DNA of 62,207 nt, filler included, from Gonapodya sp. JEL0774 (taxonomy: Eukaryota): the NCBI GenBank assembly GCA_027604505.1. It is 10 parts of 10 records of this genome, joined end to end, with 100 filler letters (N's around TTAATTAATTAA, not from the genome) between each part and the next. Parts side by side here need not be neighbours in the genome. Positions count along the whole stretch, not along the records: positions 1 to 6,201 come from JADIIX010000621.1; positions 6,302 to 12,482 come from JADIIX010000622.1; 8 more parts are not named here. One strand, given 5' to 3'. The position numbers and the translations under genes were made by a program. How positions within the stretch are numbered: position 1 is the stretch's first letter; each line of letters begins with the position of its first letter. A model generated the notes under the pieces. It had not been told where the DNA came from. It ran no database searches and saw only the letters and a program-made list of their open reading frames with translations. Below, piece after piece: positions 1 to 12,400 of this stretch.

Positions 1-36
1 AGATTCCACATGGATGAAGTGCCAGAGTCGACATAC

Positions 37-448
37 TTCTTTCAGTTCCCGAACAACTGCATCCTCCCATGTTTCCGTTACTTCGATTCCACCTCCGGGA
101 AGAACCCACTGACCCTTCTTCCGTCCGTCGCCCCTCTGTACTACGACCAATCCGGTTGGTTTGTCGTCCAACTCAAGGTCGAAAATAGGAAGGTATGATG
201 AGTGGCGATAATCTTGAAGTGAGTTACGGGTCATACGCGTCGCGCAAATATAGACTGAGTAGATTCACGATAGCGAGACTCACTTTATTCATGAAAACGG
301 GGGCCAGCGCAGCAACAACCGGTCGCGGATTCATGTACGTTCTTTTTCCGCATTGCAAGCAGTCGCGTGGATATTTGGCGGACGGGTTACTGAATTTTGA
401 TCCACAGAAAGTGCAATATGCTCCTTTACGGGCGGTAAGTGGTGGCAT
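37..448 (-). CDS. Nudix hydrolase with N-terminal CxxC-CxxC zinc ribbon (3' truncated at window start)
   Basis: Exon 448-284 reads YCTFCG...DCLQCG...YMNPRPVV, then a GTGAGT donor. Exon 171-37 reads LVVVQRGDGRKKGQWVLPGGGIEVTETWEDAVVRELKE, matching the Nudix box G-x5-E-x7-REUxE, then a GTATGT donor. Confidence 0.85.
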
Positions 449-853
449 CGCCCTAGTTTATTGGAGGATTCTCGCGCGGTGCGGGGTAGGCCAGCCCCCA
501 AGACGGAGCTCCGCTTTAGGAACCGCAAACTGAGTCAGTACATACACCCCGCTGTAATTCGAGGACCGAATCATCTTGGACTTATTACTAGGTTCGCTGG
601 TCGACCGCTACCAGGAATGGGAATGCACCGACACAGAAGTCCCTCTATACAGAAGACAAACGAGAGGAACACCAGCACCAGTCAGAAGATAGTATGTTCA
701 TAAGCCGATAGCTTGCAGGAGCTGGGCACAAAAGGTTGACCAATCAAAACAGCGAGATCTACAAATAATTAGTTGCACGAACAATCTGTGGTCATGTGGT
801 CCGTGCGTTCTTTCCAGTTCCCGTTTTTTAGTTTCAGATTCCACTCAATTCTA

Positions 854-1665
854 TCAATGCAACTCAATGCGCTTCCGCCAACGCAATCGATTCTTTACTC
901 GGTGAGTGTTTTCACTGAGGGGTTTGACCCTTTGAATGGAGTTGCCGAGTCCAAAGATTATGAATATCGCAAACGAAAGGCTGGTTTGTTCCTCCTTATT
1001 GAAGTTATACTTTATACACCAAGATCTATGAGGACACGTGTAGCAGAAGGGAACAGCGTCTTGAATTCGGATCGTGCCATCGAGCAAAGTTGCCATCTGC
1101 CTGTCGGTAACATCTTTTATTTCTATTGTATACTCAGGATCCGGTCCAACTCCTCCCCCGACGTCTCCTTCGCAACCATTTTTCTTTGATGTGAGTATCT
1201 GATTCTCATCAGCGGTATGAGGCCTCGTCGTCGCGTCACCACAATGAGGAAAACCTCTGTTCCCCGACATAATATCTGGGGGATGAATAATGAAAACTAC
1301 AATTCTCTGACACTGGTTGCAAAGCTTGACTTACGGGGCGAATGTTGCCCTTGCCGTTCGCTCTTTGATTTGAATCTAATCTCATCTCCTGTTCTGTTTG
1401 TCGATTGAATAGCACAAAACGAACGAGTACTACCAAACCTTTTCTTCTCCGTATCTATCAGCGACTTCGCTAGCGGTCTGTTGTTTTTCACTGTACCTGG
1501 TTGCGACTGGTCAGGCATATATGAGGAGGACATTGAACTGCACCCGCAACGTTCGCAATACCGTTGCTGTTGTGCGGTTGCTGTTGTGCTCTGTCCTTCG
1601 ATATATGCCTGATTTACCCGTCTGAACCGCCGTCCTGCAACTTGCTCTTTCATACGGAATGCCAC
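854..1665 (-). CDS. Hypothetical protein, at least 2 exons
   Basis: ORF 1665-1297 has a phase-1 GTAAGT donor after GQHSP that joins in frame via a CCCCAG acceptor to ORF 1270-854. No recognisable domain. Confidence 0.3.
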
Positions 1666-2021
1666 TGTATTGCCCTCTTAGAGAGCTCGCACTCCAAAAC
1701 AATCCACACACCCAATCACCCCCATGATGTCACCCGAATAGTAATTTGCGTTTGACCGAGCAATGACCCGGCGCACGCCTAGCGTCACTATGGGCGTGCT
1801 TGTGTTTGATGACAAATATTCTTGACTGAGGGGTGGTGCGATTGAGAACTGGACGTGCTCATTGGTATTCTCGTCGGATTCAGTGATGAGGTGCAATTGA
1901 AAGCACTGTGGTCCATCTTTGAGCATGATATAATGCAGTGCATCTAAATCGAAACAGGTCTCAAAATACATTCTCTCTAAAAGCTCGATGTACGCAATGA
2001 AGTTCCTCTGTTGATAGACCA

Positions 2022-4612
2022 TCACTGATCTCCAGCGACCGCCGCAACCACCCCAACAAAATCTCCCCATCTATCAGTGAGTTGGCTATCTACTCTCTCA
2101 CTCTCCACTCCCATAGCCTTCTTTTGTCGCGGTCTTTGTCTCCCCATGAGTGCCCAGTCCCCACCAAATACCTCGCCGATTCGCTCCACGTTCACGGCCA
2201 TCCTCAAAACTGCCAAATCCGTCTCGATCTCTGCGTCTGACGCACAGTGTGGTGTAGCGTGACGTGGAACGTGGGGCAGCAACTCAACCTCGGCTTCCGA
2301 GTCGAGCTCCGAAACACGTTGCCGGATGTAACCACGATCAAAATAGCTCCGCACAAGACGAATTCGTTTGTGCGCAGGGGCGGATGACATATCCTGCTCC
2401 ACTGATTTTTGGGGTTTTCGGATTCCGATCTGAGCGTGGCACTGCGCGTCCGTGTATAAAACATAGGGTAAGCGGCGATCCACGTCCGTCATGTTCATTT
2501 CATCAACTGTCGGTGCGTTGGTTAGAGACACTTCCGTCAGCGGAGTGATAATATCGTTGGATTCACGCACAAGCTCCTTCTGCCCTGTCAGCTCCGAGGA
2601 GCTCGCAGATATCGAGAATGCGTCGAGACCCACGTCCGACTGCAGAAGTGTACTATCAAGGGGGCAGGTCAAGCTGGACCTTTGCTGCTTGACGTTTGCA
2701 TCCTCTTCAAGTTCCAGAGCTCTCTTTCGCTTGCCGGGCGACTCAATGAGTGGGGACCCGAGGTCAGATGTATCCAGGACATGAGGGATCGCGAAGGATG
2801 ACTTCCTGGCTCGTAGATTGTGCGAGCTTGAAGCAAGCGAGTCCTCGGGACTCGGAATCACTACAATAGATGATCTTGAGGTACCTTGACGTCCCGGTGA
2901 AACGGTGGCCCACATCCTGTGAATATCCAGTTTTCCCTTCAATTCGGTATCCGTCTCTGTCTCAGTACCTTCACCGCCTTCACCGTTCGCAAGCTCCACA
3001 CCATCAACTTGCACTTCGTGGTCCATAAGCTCTGATTCCTTCCGGCACATAAGCTCCTCGAAGTCCCGAGGGTCGTGCAACGCTTTCATTTTCGCTTGGC
3101 GGATACGGTAGGGACGAAATTGTGAAAGAGGACGGGTGTGACCTGGATGAATAGGATGACGTTCCAATTGCCGTCAAGGTGTTGCGTTTATTTGAGAGCC
3201 AAATTGAATTGTGATCACATGAACACACCTGCTCCCCTCATCCACGTCGGAAGCGCCATCAAGCGTTCCCGTTCAGCTTCGCAAATCTGATGATGCACGT
3301 TGCCCATGAGACGCATTTGGAGAGCACGGCGATGAGCCTATGACCAAAGATTCAGGGACTGGCGGGTGGCGCATTGCGTGTTCGAAAATTTGCTCACCTT
3401 ATACCCGTTCCTCGCGCACCTCACGAGATCTTCCCATCTTCGCTTCTCCATCTCCATTAGCACTTTCATCCGCTTTTCGCATCGAGCCAGCCTGGTTTTC
3501 TTCCTCTCTTCCACCTCCCGCATGGCTTCAGCGAGCGCAGACGAAATCTCGAGGTCAAGAACATCTTTGGTGGTGGGAAAATCGACGGGAACAGGTTTTG
3601 CGGAAGTAGCTGGGCGAAGTGGTTGAATGCCAGGGTGAGACTTGGGCTGAATGCGAACTTCATTTATTCCGTCCACATTCGGCTGACCGGCGCGAGGGTG
3701 CATGACTGTATCTTGATTCACAGATGTATCACGCTTGGTCTTGGACGCATCTCGGGGCTGGAGTGCCAAATCGTTGTCGTATTCATTTCCGACGCTCAAC
3801 ACAGACGCATTTGAGGACTCTAAGTCGGTGTCGCTCACAGTGGACGATGTTTCATTGTCTGAATAGTACACGTCACCCGAATCAGTTGGATCAGTGGGCG
3901 TCCACGAAGTTGGTGATGTGATGGACGTTCCCGGAAGTATGGGCTCCTGAGGACCCTTCAACATGACTCCAAGAGCTTGAAGTTGTCGCATCGTGTTTTT
4001 AGGGGACATAGGCGATGGCAAGCTATCAGCAGGCGATGTAGTCGGTGTTGCTGTGTTCATTTGTGTAGGAGACGGAACCAATCTGGCGTGTTTCAGGGGA
4101 AGAGGTGACAAGAGCTCCCTGAGTGGAGAGGCAGAGCTTTGGTCTTTCAATGCGCTATTTCTTGGAATCAGAAGAGGGGTTGGACGGGCAACTGTGCGGG
4201 GGCGTGAACTGAATTGGCTACCGATCGGGAGTTCAAGCTGCAATGCTCTTGGAGAACGGGACGGTTGTTTTGCTGATTGAGTACCACTATCCTGAGATGT
4301 CAGCAAGTATGCGTGTCCGCTTTTGTCATTCGCAGTGCTCATGGACTTTTTTGAAGGTGACACTGGTGTAATAGGCTGCATCTGTTCCTCTGATGATATC
4401 CGCCAACTTGTGGAAGGATCGGGTATCAATTTATTAAGCTGAAAGGAAGCTGACGGTGATGGAAGACTGGCGTTTGTATTTAGCTCCAGGAGTCGGCGAT
4501 GCTTGGTTGCGAGTGTGGGTTGCTGTGCTGGTCGTTTGTCCATTACGTCGGGTTGGCTGGTGGAGCTGCCAGCAAGGTCATGTCTAGCCTGAGCGAGATC
4601 CAACATCGACAT
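2022..4612 (-). CDS. Large low-complexity Ser/Pro-rich hypothetical protein with central helical region, 3 exons
   Basis: ORF 4681-3338 (...RNGYK|GTGAGC) splices to a middle exon AHRRALQMRLMG...WMRGA and then in phase 1 to ORF 3167-2022 (GHTRPLSQF...). Both introns are canonical and frame-preserving. Confidence 0.6.
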
Positions 4613-5603
4613 GATGTTAGGCACCGAGCAGTCGCAATGCCGAATGGTTGAGCTACAACGCCCTCTGTGAGGGTCGGTCAAAATTCGGAACGGAGAGTCA
4701 ATGAGATATCGTGAAGAACTCTTCCGCTAGCATCATCATCACATGAAAATAGTACTCGATCGTCAACATCGGCATTACCGTTACTGCATGCTCACAGCGA
4801 ATCAGCTTCATGGCGATCGCGCGTGCCCTGAATAAGTCTGCCGATCCACCTCAAACAGGAGAGATCGCTTGAGGAACGAGATATTACTCACTTGGTTATT
4901 ACGAACAAGATGCCCTCCGAGAGGTGGTGCACGGCTTTCGACTCGTCAGATGTCAAATCAAAGACGGTGGGGGTGGAATCTTCCACGAATCGTTACTGCT
5001 CATTATTGATGCCCCTCACCCCCCCTGACTCATAGTTCTTAAATTTGTATTTACATAACGTATGAAAGCTAAAGGGGCATCATTGACCAGTGTGAAAATT
5101 TGATCCATTCAGGTTTCCTCTATGTGATTGTACCAACCCACGTTTCAAAAGTCCTGGTTACATATTTGCGGGAAAACTACAACTGTCTTACGCTATCGTG
5201 AAATCACTGACTCGAGTAATGTGGATTTAAATCTTCCGGTTAATTCGGAGTTTGTAGTCTAGGCGGTTGGGATGATCGCTCTTCGCCCTTCTCTCTCGCA
5301 CCTTCGCATCAACAAATTCTGACCCAGCAAACCTGTCATCCCCTTCCAATACTTGCCAGACTACTGCGGTAAGTTGCATTCATCGGGGATTCGTTCTCGT
5401 TGGGAGCTCAACATCCGTCTGACTGCGATCCGCTACCGTCATTCACCATGGATTGCCTTGTCGCGGGGCGATTCTGGACAACCAAACCCGGGACTCTCCG
5501 GGAACTTCTGATCCTTAACATTAAAGAGCAAAGTATCATTTGAGGCCTCTCAGCCCCCGCCGCTCCTCTTCCAAATTGAACCACATCAGCCAGGCCTGCA
5601 CAT

Positions 5604-6160
<557 letters not shown>

Positions 6161-6201
6161 TGATATAATCTTTCCGCATTGCCTTGACAAGTTGAGGAGA
6201 G

Positions 6202-6301
6202 NNNNNNNNNNNNNNNNNNNNNNNNNNNNNNNNNNNNNNNNNNNNTTAATTAATTAANNNNNNNNNNNNNNNNNNNNNNNNNNNNNNNNNNNNNNNNNNN
6301 N
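6202..6301. other. Artificial contig spacer (N-TTAATTAATTAA-N). Identical spacers at 12483-12582, 18742-18841, 24982-25081, 31210-31309, 37426-37525, 43630-43729, 49832-49931 and 56021-56120
   Basis: Each is 100 nt with a six-frame stop cassette in the middle. Intervening contig lengths fall monotonically: 6201, 6181, 6159, 6140, 6128, 6116, 6104, 6102, 6089, 6087. Confidence 0.98.
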
Positions 6302-7386
6302 ATGGCAACCGAAATGCGAGGGGACAGGGCGAAGGTGAGGGGATCAAGCCAAGAAGACGGTTTTTAACTGGAGCTTGATTTTCAGGGGGTTCATAATGGA
6401 AGGTACGAGTATGTAAGAGTGGTTTAGGCGCATAATTGGTGCAATAACTGCTCCGGAGTAGGCTTCGGGCCGGGGCCGCCGTTTTTGCTGCCTCTGTTTT
6501 GGCGCACCTAAAGCGATTATCTCATTCGTTATCGGGCGTCATGGTAAGAACAAAAAACTCCACCATCCCCTCGATAAGAGGTGGTTGGGAAGCGAATTGT
6601 GCAGGTTTTGATCGGTGGTTACGTGGGGATGCATGAAACGATACCTCATCCACCGTATCAAGCAAGGTACAGGGTGAAGGAGAAGCACAGAAAAGAATCG
6701 CACAAATACGTTCAAATTCGTACTTTCCTGGGGATGCAATTCTAGATGGTCCGTGCCTGAATGCTCCCGGTGCAGTTCATGCATGGAGTGATAGAGCGGG
6801 AACGGGTCGGTCGCCGCGGGGAGGAGAGGCACCTCCCGTGGGTACAGCTTTCTCGGACGTGTTCCGAAAAAAAATCTTAATGGTGATTCAAAAAGGAACT
6901 GATGGTAGAAAATTGGAGTGCGTGGGGAGATAGGGAACGCATACGGAAGGAATGCTGTGCACGTCATATTCAACCTGCACACGGTTGGACGAAACCCCGT
7001 GTGCCACGACTGCATAATTCAATGACTCGTCCGACACAATAATGACCTTCCCAAAGGCACGCGGCCTGCCGCGCATGTTGTTCCGATGTGGGGATCGTCG
7101 TTTAAGATCGGGTACTGCAGGGATGCATCCAGTCTCCACCAACTGCCCGGTGGGGTTCCCTTGCCCCAGATTGGCGATCCGTCTTACAAAAAATGTACTT
7201 CGGTGATGATATAAACTGGGAAGGTCGTTAACGCTCTCAGCAACTAGAGATGATTGTATGGCAATTCAGATTTGTCAAATATCCACGCATTACATGACAG
7301 TGACACTTCACAATAGGTGATAAGTGGGACAATCCGAATGCCGTAGCTCTGTGAGAAACATTACCTAAACGGACAGCTATAATATG

Positions 7387-10300
7387 TCAATCGTCAATGT
7401 TTTCTTCCACGCCGTCGTCATCTTCGGGCCTGGTTATTCTGTTCTCCAGGGGAATGTCTTCGCCAGCTCGTTTCACAGCTGCCTCGACCTGCTCCATGCG
7501 TGACTTGACTTCGTCGAGAGCAGCACCGGCTTTTGCCGTCACGCGAGAAACGAGTGTAGGTGCAGCGATCAGAGGATCTGCAGTGTTTCGGGATGTCGGT
7601 TATCGAAACAATATTGGGAATTGAAATTTAAGAAAGACGTAATGGAGTGTTGGAGAGCCCAGAAGATCACCTTCTTATGAAAAGCGTGTGAGCTGTACGA
7701 ACCTAAAGATCGCTCCACTCCCTTGACTCCCTGTTCGACTCTCTGCATCATCGCATCTAGCCGCTCAAATCCTCTAGTGACCATTTTTCGCGAAACCTTG
7801 ACCTTTGCTCGTGTGCAACCTCTTGCGCGGCCATTCAGTGCGTGAATTTGATGATCTGCCCTCTTCCGTGGCCCCGCCTGACTCGAGATCCCTCCCGGCG
7901 GCACCGTCCAAAACGATCCTTCTGGGCGTTGTAAAGCACGGCGTAGATCGCGAAGGGTGTGTTGGATATTACTGGGGAGAATAGGAAGATCTGGATCGTC
8001 GTCGTCCTCCTCACTGCTGTCCGATTGTGGCGGTTGCGGAGTAGAATCCGTTGGGAGTGTGCCAGATATGTGCACACCAGTGATGAAGGTTGCAGATCGG
8101 ACCGAAGCATCGTAACTCAGAGAGTGATCTGGGTCGAGGCTCTTCTGACCTCCAGCATCCCCTTCATTATGGATTTCATTGGTCTGACCGGGTGCTGATA
8201 CTATGGACCGAGACTCTTCGTCGTTCCCTGACTCCACTCCGCGCTTGTGGTCTGTACTGTCCACCGATTTGCCACTATTCCATTCCCTTGAAAGCTTTGC
8301 CAACTTCTTCCTCCCCACAATCATGCCTTCTTTCACTGCTCTCTTCACATCGGCCCATTCATAGCTCTCACCATTTACTCGTCCATTTTTTTGACCCGAC
8401 TCAGTTGCACTTACTGAATTCCGTGCTTTAGCAGATCGAACACGGCCAATCAATGGTGCAGGTGAGACGAGTGGCCGGAGGTGGGCGAAACGGGCGTCCA
8501 GGACAGAAATACCGTATACCCGAGGAAAAAGATGGAGGGGCGATTGAGGTGGCACTTATAGGCCACATAAAGGTCGTTTATACCGCTTGAACGCAAACGA
8601 AGTTGTGTGCGTACCATCATCACCTACATTTCCCTCCTTTCCTCGTCCCTGCCGCTCCAACCGCGGTATTCCCATCAATACAGACGCCTGCAAGCTCTGA
8701 ACACCATACCAGAGGTATGAGATCTTCTAGTTTGGCGATGAGATTATGGGAGACATCCAAGTGGACAAGACGAGTGAACAGCGGGGAGACTTGGGCATTT
8801 GAGGAGACAGAAGATGACTGATGGGAAGAAGGAAGGAGGATGCGAAGGGAGGTGAGTTGATTGTGAGCCATGTGGAGCTGCTTGAGGCTGAGGAGGAAGG
8901 TCAGGGTATGATTTATCCGCTGGCAGAACAGACACAAACCGATAAATTCACCTGGGCAGTCTACCCAAGACTTCTAAACATTCCTCATTCAATCCATTTC
9001 CCTCAAGCCTCAGAGTCTCCAGGCAAGGAAACCCGCTTTTGTTTGCCAGAAACGCGGACGGCCGCGGGAGTCGGTGTTGGCTCTGGCTGGTAGAGGCATC
9101 GACTGCTCCCTCCCATTCCAGTTCCCGTTGCCGCTTCCATCCTAGAGGATCAAGAGCCCAACTTGTCACGTGCGAAGAACGGAGGTGTGAATGGGAGAGG
9201 TCGAGGTTACGAAGTCGGGGGAGCGTGGAGAGAGTGCAGAAAGCCGAGGTAGGGTTGAACGGATGGGAATGAGAATAAACCACACGAGATAAGACGGCGG
9301 GTGGCGTAATCGCAGTGGGGAATGGCGTCGGTGGCGGAGGAGAAGGGCTCATCTCCGCGGGAGTGGGTGGAACCATTGCCGTTGACGGGGGAGTCACATA
9401 GTGGGGTTGGTCATTCGAGATTGAAGACTTCTCCTTCTCGGAAACTTCTTTAGAAGTCCGTGAAGAATCTTGCAGCGCTCGTTGATCATGCAGGAGCTGC
9501 AGTACCTGCGACCACTCATCCTCACCCTGGCCGATTTCGTTCCATCCCAAATCAATCTCCTCCACTTTTTGAAACCAATCAACCACTCCATCGTCCATAT
9601 CGTCGCCTGCCGCGGCCCACTGGACTCCACCACCTGCCGAGTACCACCCCACTCCCCGAACCGCGTTTCCGGGGAGCCCTATACGTCTCAGTGCTGGAAG
9701 CGCGTTGAGTGACTCAAGACGGAGGCGATGTCCAGGAAAAGTGAGTGTGTGAAGATTGACGAAAAGTGAAAGGTCGGAGGGTAGGACGTAAGTAAGCGGA
9801 GGTGAACTTGCGGTAGGTGGTGGGAGGTGGAGGACAGTGAGATGGGTAGGGTGTGAGAGTTGAGACTTGTTGAGCTGAGATTACGTCACGCCATTCGATG
9901 TGAAATACAACAGGACATTAGTCTTCCCAACCGGTTTGCAACAGAGAATACAGAATAGTTCGCTGACCAGGTAGAATCCGTCCAAGACACCGGGTAGTTC
10001 CACGAATCGCTCACCGGGTCTTGCAAAACCGGCACCAGGCACAAGATCCCATTCGCCTGTCCCAGAACCACGCGATGCAGCGCTATCTATCCGAGAAGTG
10101 CCTCGAGAACTGGCGTGAGGGCGGTGCCCAGTCGATCCTGCAGAATTTACACGAGACGACTGGAGTAAATACGATCGAAGGTCTGCAGCTGGGTGAGAAC
10201 GAGCGGTTGCTGCAGATTGCGGCGGTGATGGGCGTAGACGTAGCGGGTGGGAGGGAAGCGGTGGCAGGAGTGGTGGATGTTGCTGCTGGGGTGGTTCTGT

Positions 10301-10822
10301 TTCCACCTTCATTGCTCGTTTTGTGGCAGAAGCCGGGCGAGATACGCAAGGAGAACGACTCGGCGTGGCATCCAGACCAGACGTGGCTCGTGGCTGTGGT
10401 TGGGACGGCCCGGCTACCGTCTTTGGGGGTTGGAGGTCCTCACGGACAATCACCGTCTTCGGTTTCGGTATATTTTGAACATTTTGCAACTTGGCGCCAA
10501 CGCCCGATTTTTCTTCATCGGTGGTAGATGGGAGAGTGAGTGCGAAGTTGGCCGGCGATGCTGTGTTCTTCCACCGATGCCCCTCGCTCTCATACCGTGA
10601 CGGTTCTGGCGGTGAATAGGCATTGGCAGATACAAACGAAGAGGAATGATCCAGTAGCGGAGGGTTGACACGCGTTTCATGGGGGCCGTCTGCAGACACT
10701 TGGCGACTGTTTGGCGAACGGCGACGCGTGATGACATCCTCAGCCGCTCCTAGAATCTTCAATTTGTCGACTGCACTGGGAACTTTCAGGAGAGGAGGCC
10801 GAGGCGGCAAACCGGTCGACAT
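7387..10822 (-). CDS. Multi-exon leucine-rich-repeat protein, XRRA1-like
   Basis: LRR units LPRLRNLDLSHSHL, FPCLETLRLEGNGL, LKQLHMAHNQL and LVHLDVSHNLI. The N-terminal VLDGFYL and C-terminal LPSNIQHTLRDLRRALQRP resemble XRRA1 motifs as recalled. The last exon ends GVEENIDD* at 7387. Confidence 0.6.
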
Positions 10823-11149
10823 TCGGCGAGAAGAAGGACGATTTGATGCTTATGTGCCCGGTAGTGGACATTCAATGCTGCACCGAGGGGAACGTACCGA
10901 AAATATTCTCGATCAAAATACATAATTCCATAGAGACGGACACTTTGGCTTGACCATCTGATTTAGGGAATTCCGCTCGAGCTGGATTTCCTACCCATCT
11001 CTCGTTCTTTCAACGTACGAGGACGTTTATCAACTTTCATCCACGATGAATCACGACGAGATTGCAAACTCTCTAGCGAAGCAACAGTACAAATCATATT
11101 AGTCCGCCCGCCACCGCTCAGCTCACCGGAGCTACGATACTTTTTGTCG

Positions 11150-12400
11150 TTACGGCAACCGAATCATTATCGCCTCGGACGCCCAACTCACTCTCCTCCG
11201 CAACCTCGGCACATTCACCGGCTGCTCCACCACTTCATCCTCGTCCTCGGGTGCCGCAAATGCTGGATAGTCACCCACAAGATCCACTTCGCTTCCTTTG
11301 CTCGCCATGGTGCTCGCATTGGCGAGACTTAAACCGGCCGAGGATATGGTGGACAGTGAACCCACGTGATCGCCAGCCTCGGAACTGAAGCTAGCATTGG
11401 AGTATGGCGTTGAGGGTGAGGATTGGCGGCGGTGGAGGACCGCGGAGTCCGGAGAGAGGTGGGCTTTGTCGACGGTCGATGGAGACCCGGGAGATTCACT
11501 CACGCTCCGGCTGCGCGGCCGAGAACCCGCGTTACCGGTTGTTGGCTGATCGGGTGCGTCAGATCGGGTTATTTGCGATCGAGGCAGTGAACCGGTATTC
11601 GGTCCCGCAATGGCTCCGGCGGTGCTAGTCCTCCGACTCGATGCGACGGACGACGCACCAGATGCTGTGCCACTTGATTGAACGGAAGATCGTCTTGTCT
11701 CCCTTTCTCGCTCCCCACGATCGGCCTGGGCCTGCATATTGGACACTGCAGCGTTAGCCATAGAAGCTCGCCGTTCAATCCGCCGTTTTTGTCGTAATGC
11801 CGCCATATCGGGGGATCCATCGGGCGAATTAGACCCCGAAGAGCTTCCACTCCGAGATATTATGATGGCTCGAATGCCAGGAGAGCTAATGATGGATAGA
11901 GGTGGGTTCATTCGCGGACTCGGAGGATTGTGTGACGGCGATCTGTCCGATGAAGAGGTGGGACGTGATGAGGACATATTTGGTGATGGTGATGCAGACT
12001 CGGATTTGCGCCTAGCGAGACGAGTTGCCGATGTGAGTGCAGACTGTTGGTACCTGTCCAGTACCTGAGCGAACTCCTCTCTCCCGCTTGCCTTGAGTTC
12101 GGCCGCCGTCGCGAAACTTGCAGGTGTTGGTCGAGCGCCGGCGAGGAGGAGGGCTCGCACAATGGTGATTTGTGGTTCCAGAGTGTAGGAAACCTCGGTG
12201 AAATCCCCCTCGCAGGGGATTACATAGTCGAGATCTCCGCCCATGGTGGTGAAGTAGTAGGAGCCCGAGGCCAAGGCAAAATCAAGGGCGCCTGCGAAGC
12301 TGTAGCGGTGAGACCAGCGGCGAGACCAGATGTCGGGGACCCATTCGGGGATCGTGGAGACGGTGCACCAAGAAATGGGAAGGTTTGGATCCGCACCTGG
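11150..12400 (-). CDS. Atypical ankyrin-like domain plus long Ser/Arg-rich disordered tail (5' end truncated)
   Basis: GADPNLPISW...YSFAGALDFAL...IVRALLLAGA aligns by eye with the protein at 44521-46007. Confidence 0.6.
   Translation of the reverse strand, partial: PGADPNLPISWCTVSTIPEWVPDIWSRRWSHRYSFAGALDFALASGSYYFTTMGGDLDYVIPCEGDFTEVSYTLEPQITIVRALLLAGARPTPASFATAAELKASGREEFAQVLDRYQQSALTSATRLARRKSESASPSPNMSSSRPTSSSDRSPSHNPPSPRMNPPLSIISSPGIRAIIISRSGSSSGSNSPDGSPDMAALRQKRRIERRASMANAAVSNMQAQADRGERERETRRSSVQSSGTASGASSVASSRRTSTAGAIAGPNTGSLPRSQITRSDAPDQPTTGNAGSRPRSRSVSESPGSPSTVDKAHLSPDSAVLHRRQSSPSTPYSNASFSSEAGDHVGSLSTISSAGLSLANASTMASKGSEVDLVGDYPAFAAPEDEDEVVEQPVNVPRLRRRVSWASEAIMIRLP

Noticed and set aside
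6246..6257. TTAATTAATTAA recurring every ~6.2 kb as a biological repeat or target site
   Set aside because: Always centred in a 100-nt N block; it is a synthetic six-frame stop linker.
6940..7215. + strand frame interrupted by one TGA (selenoprotein candidate)
   Set aside because: No CxxU/UxxC context, no recognisable family and no SECIS identified.
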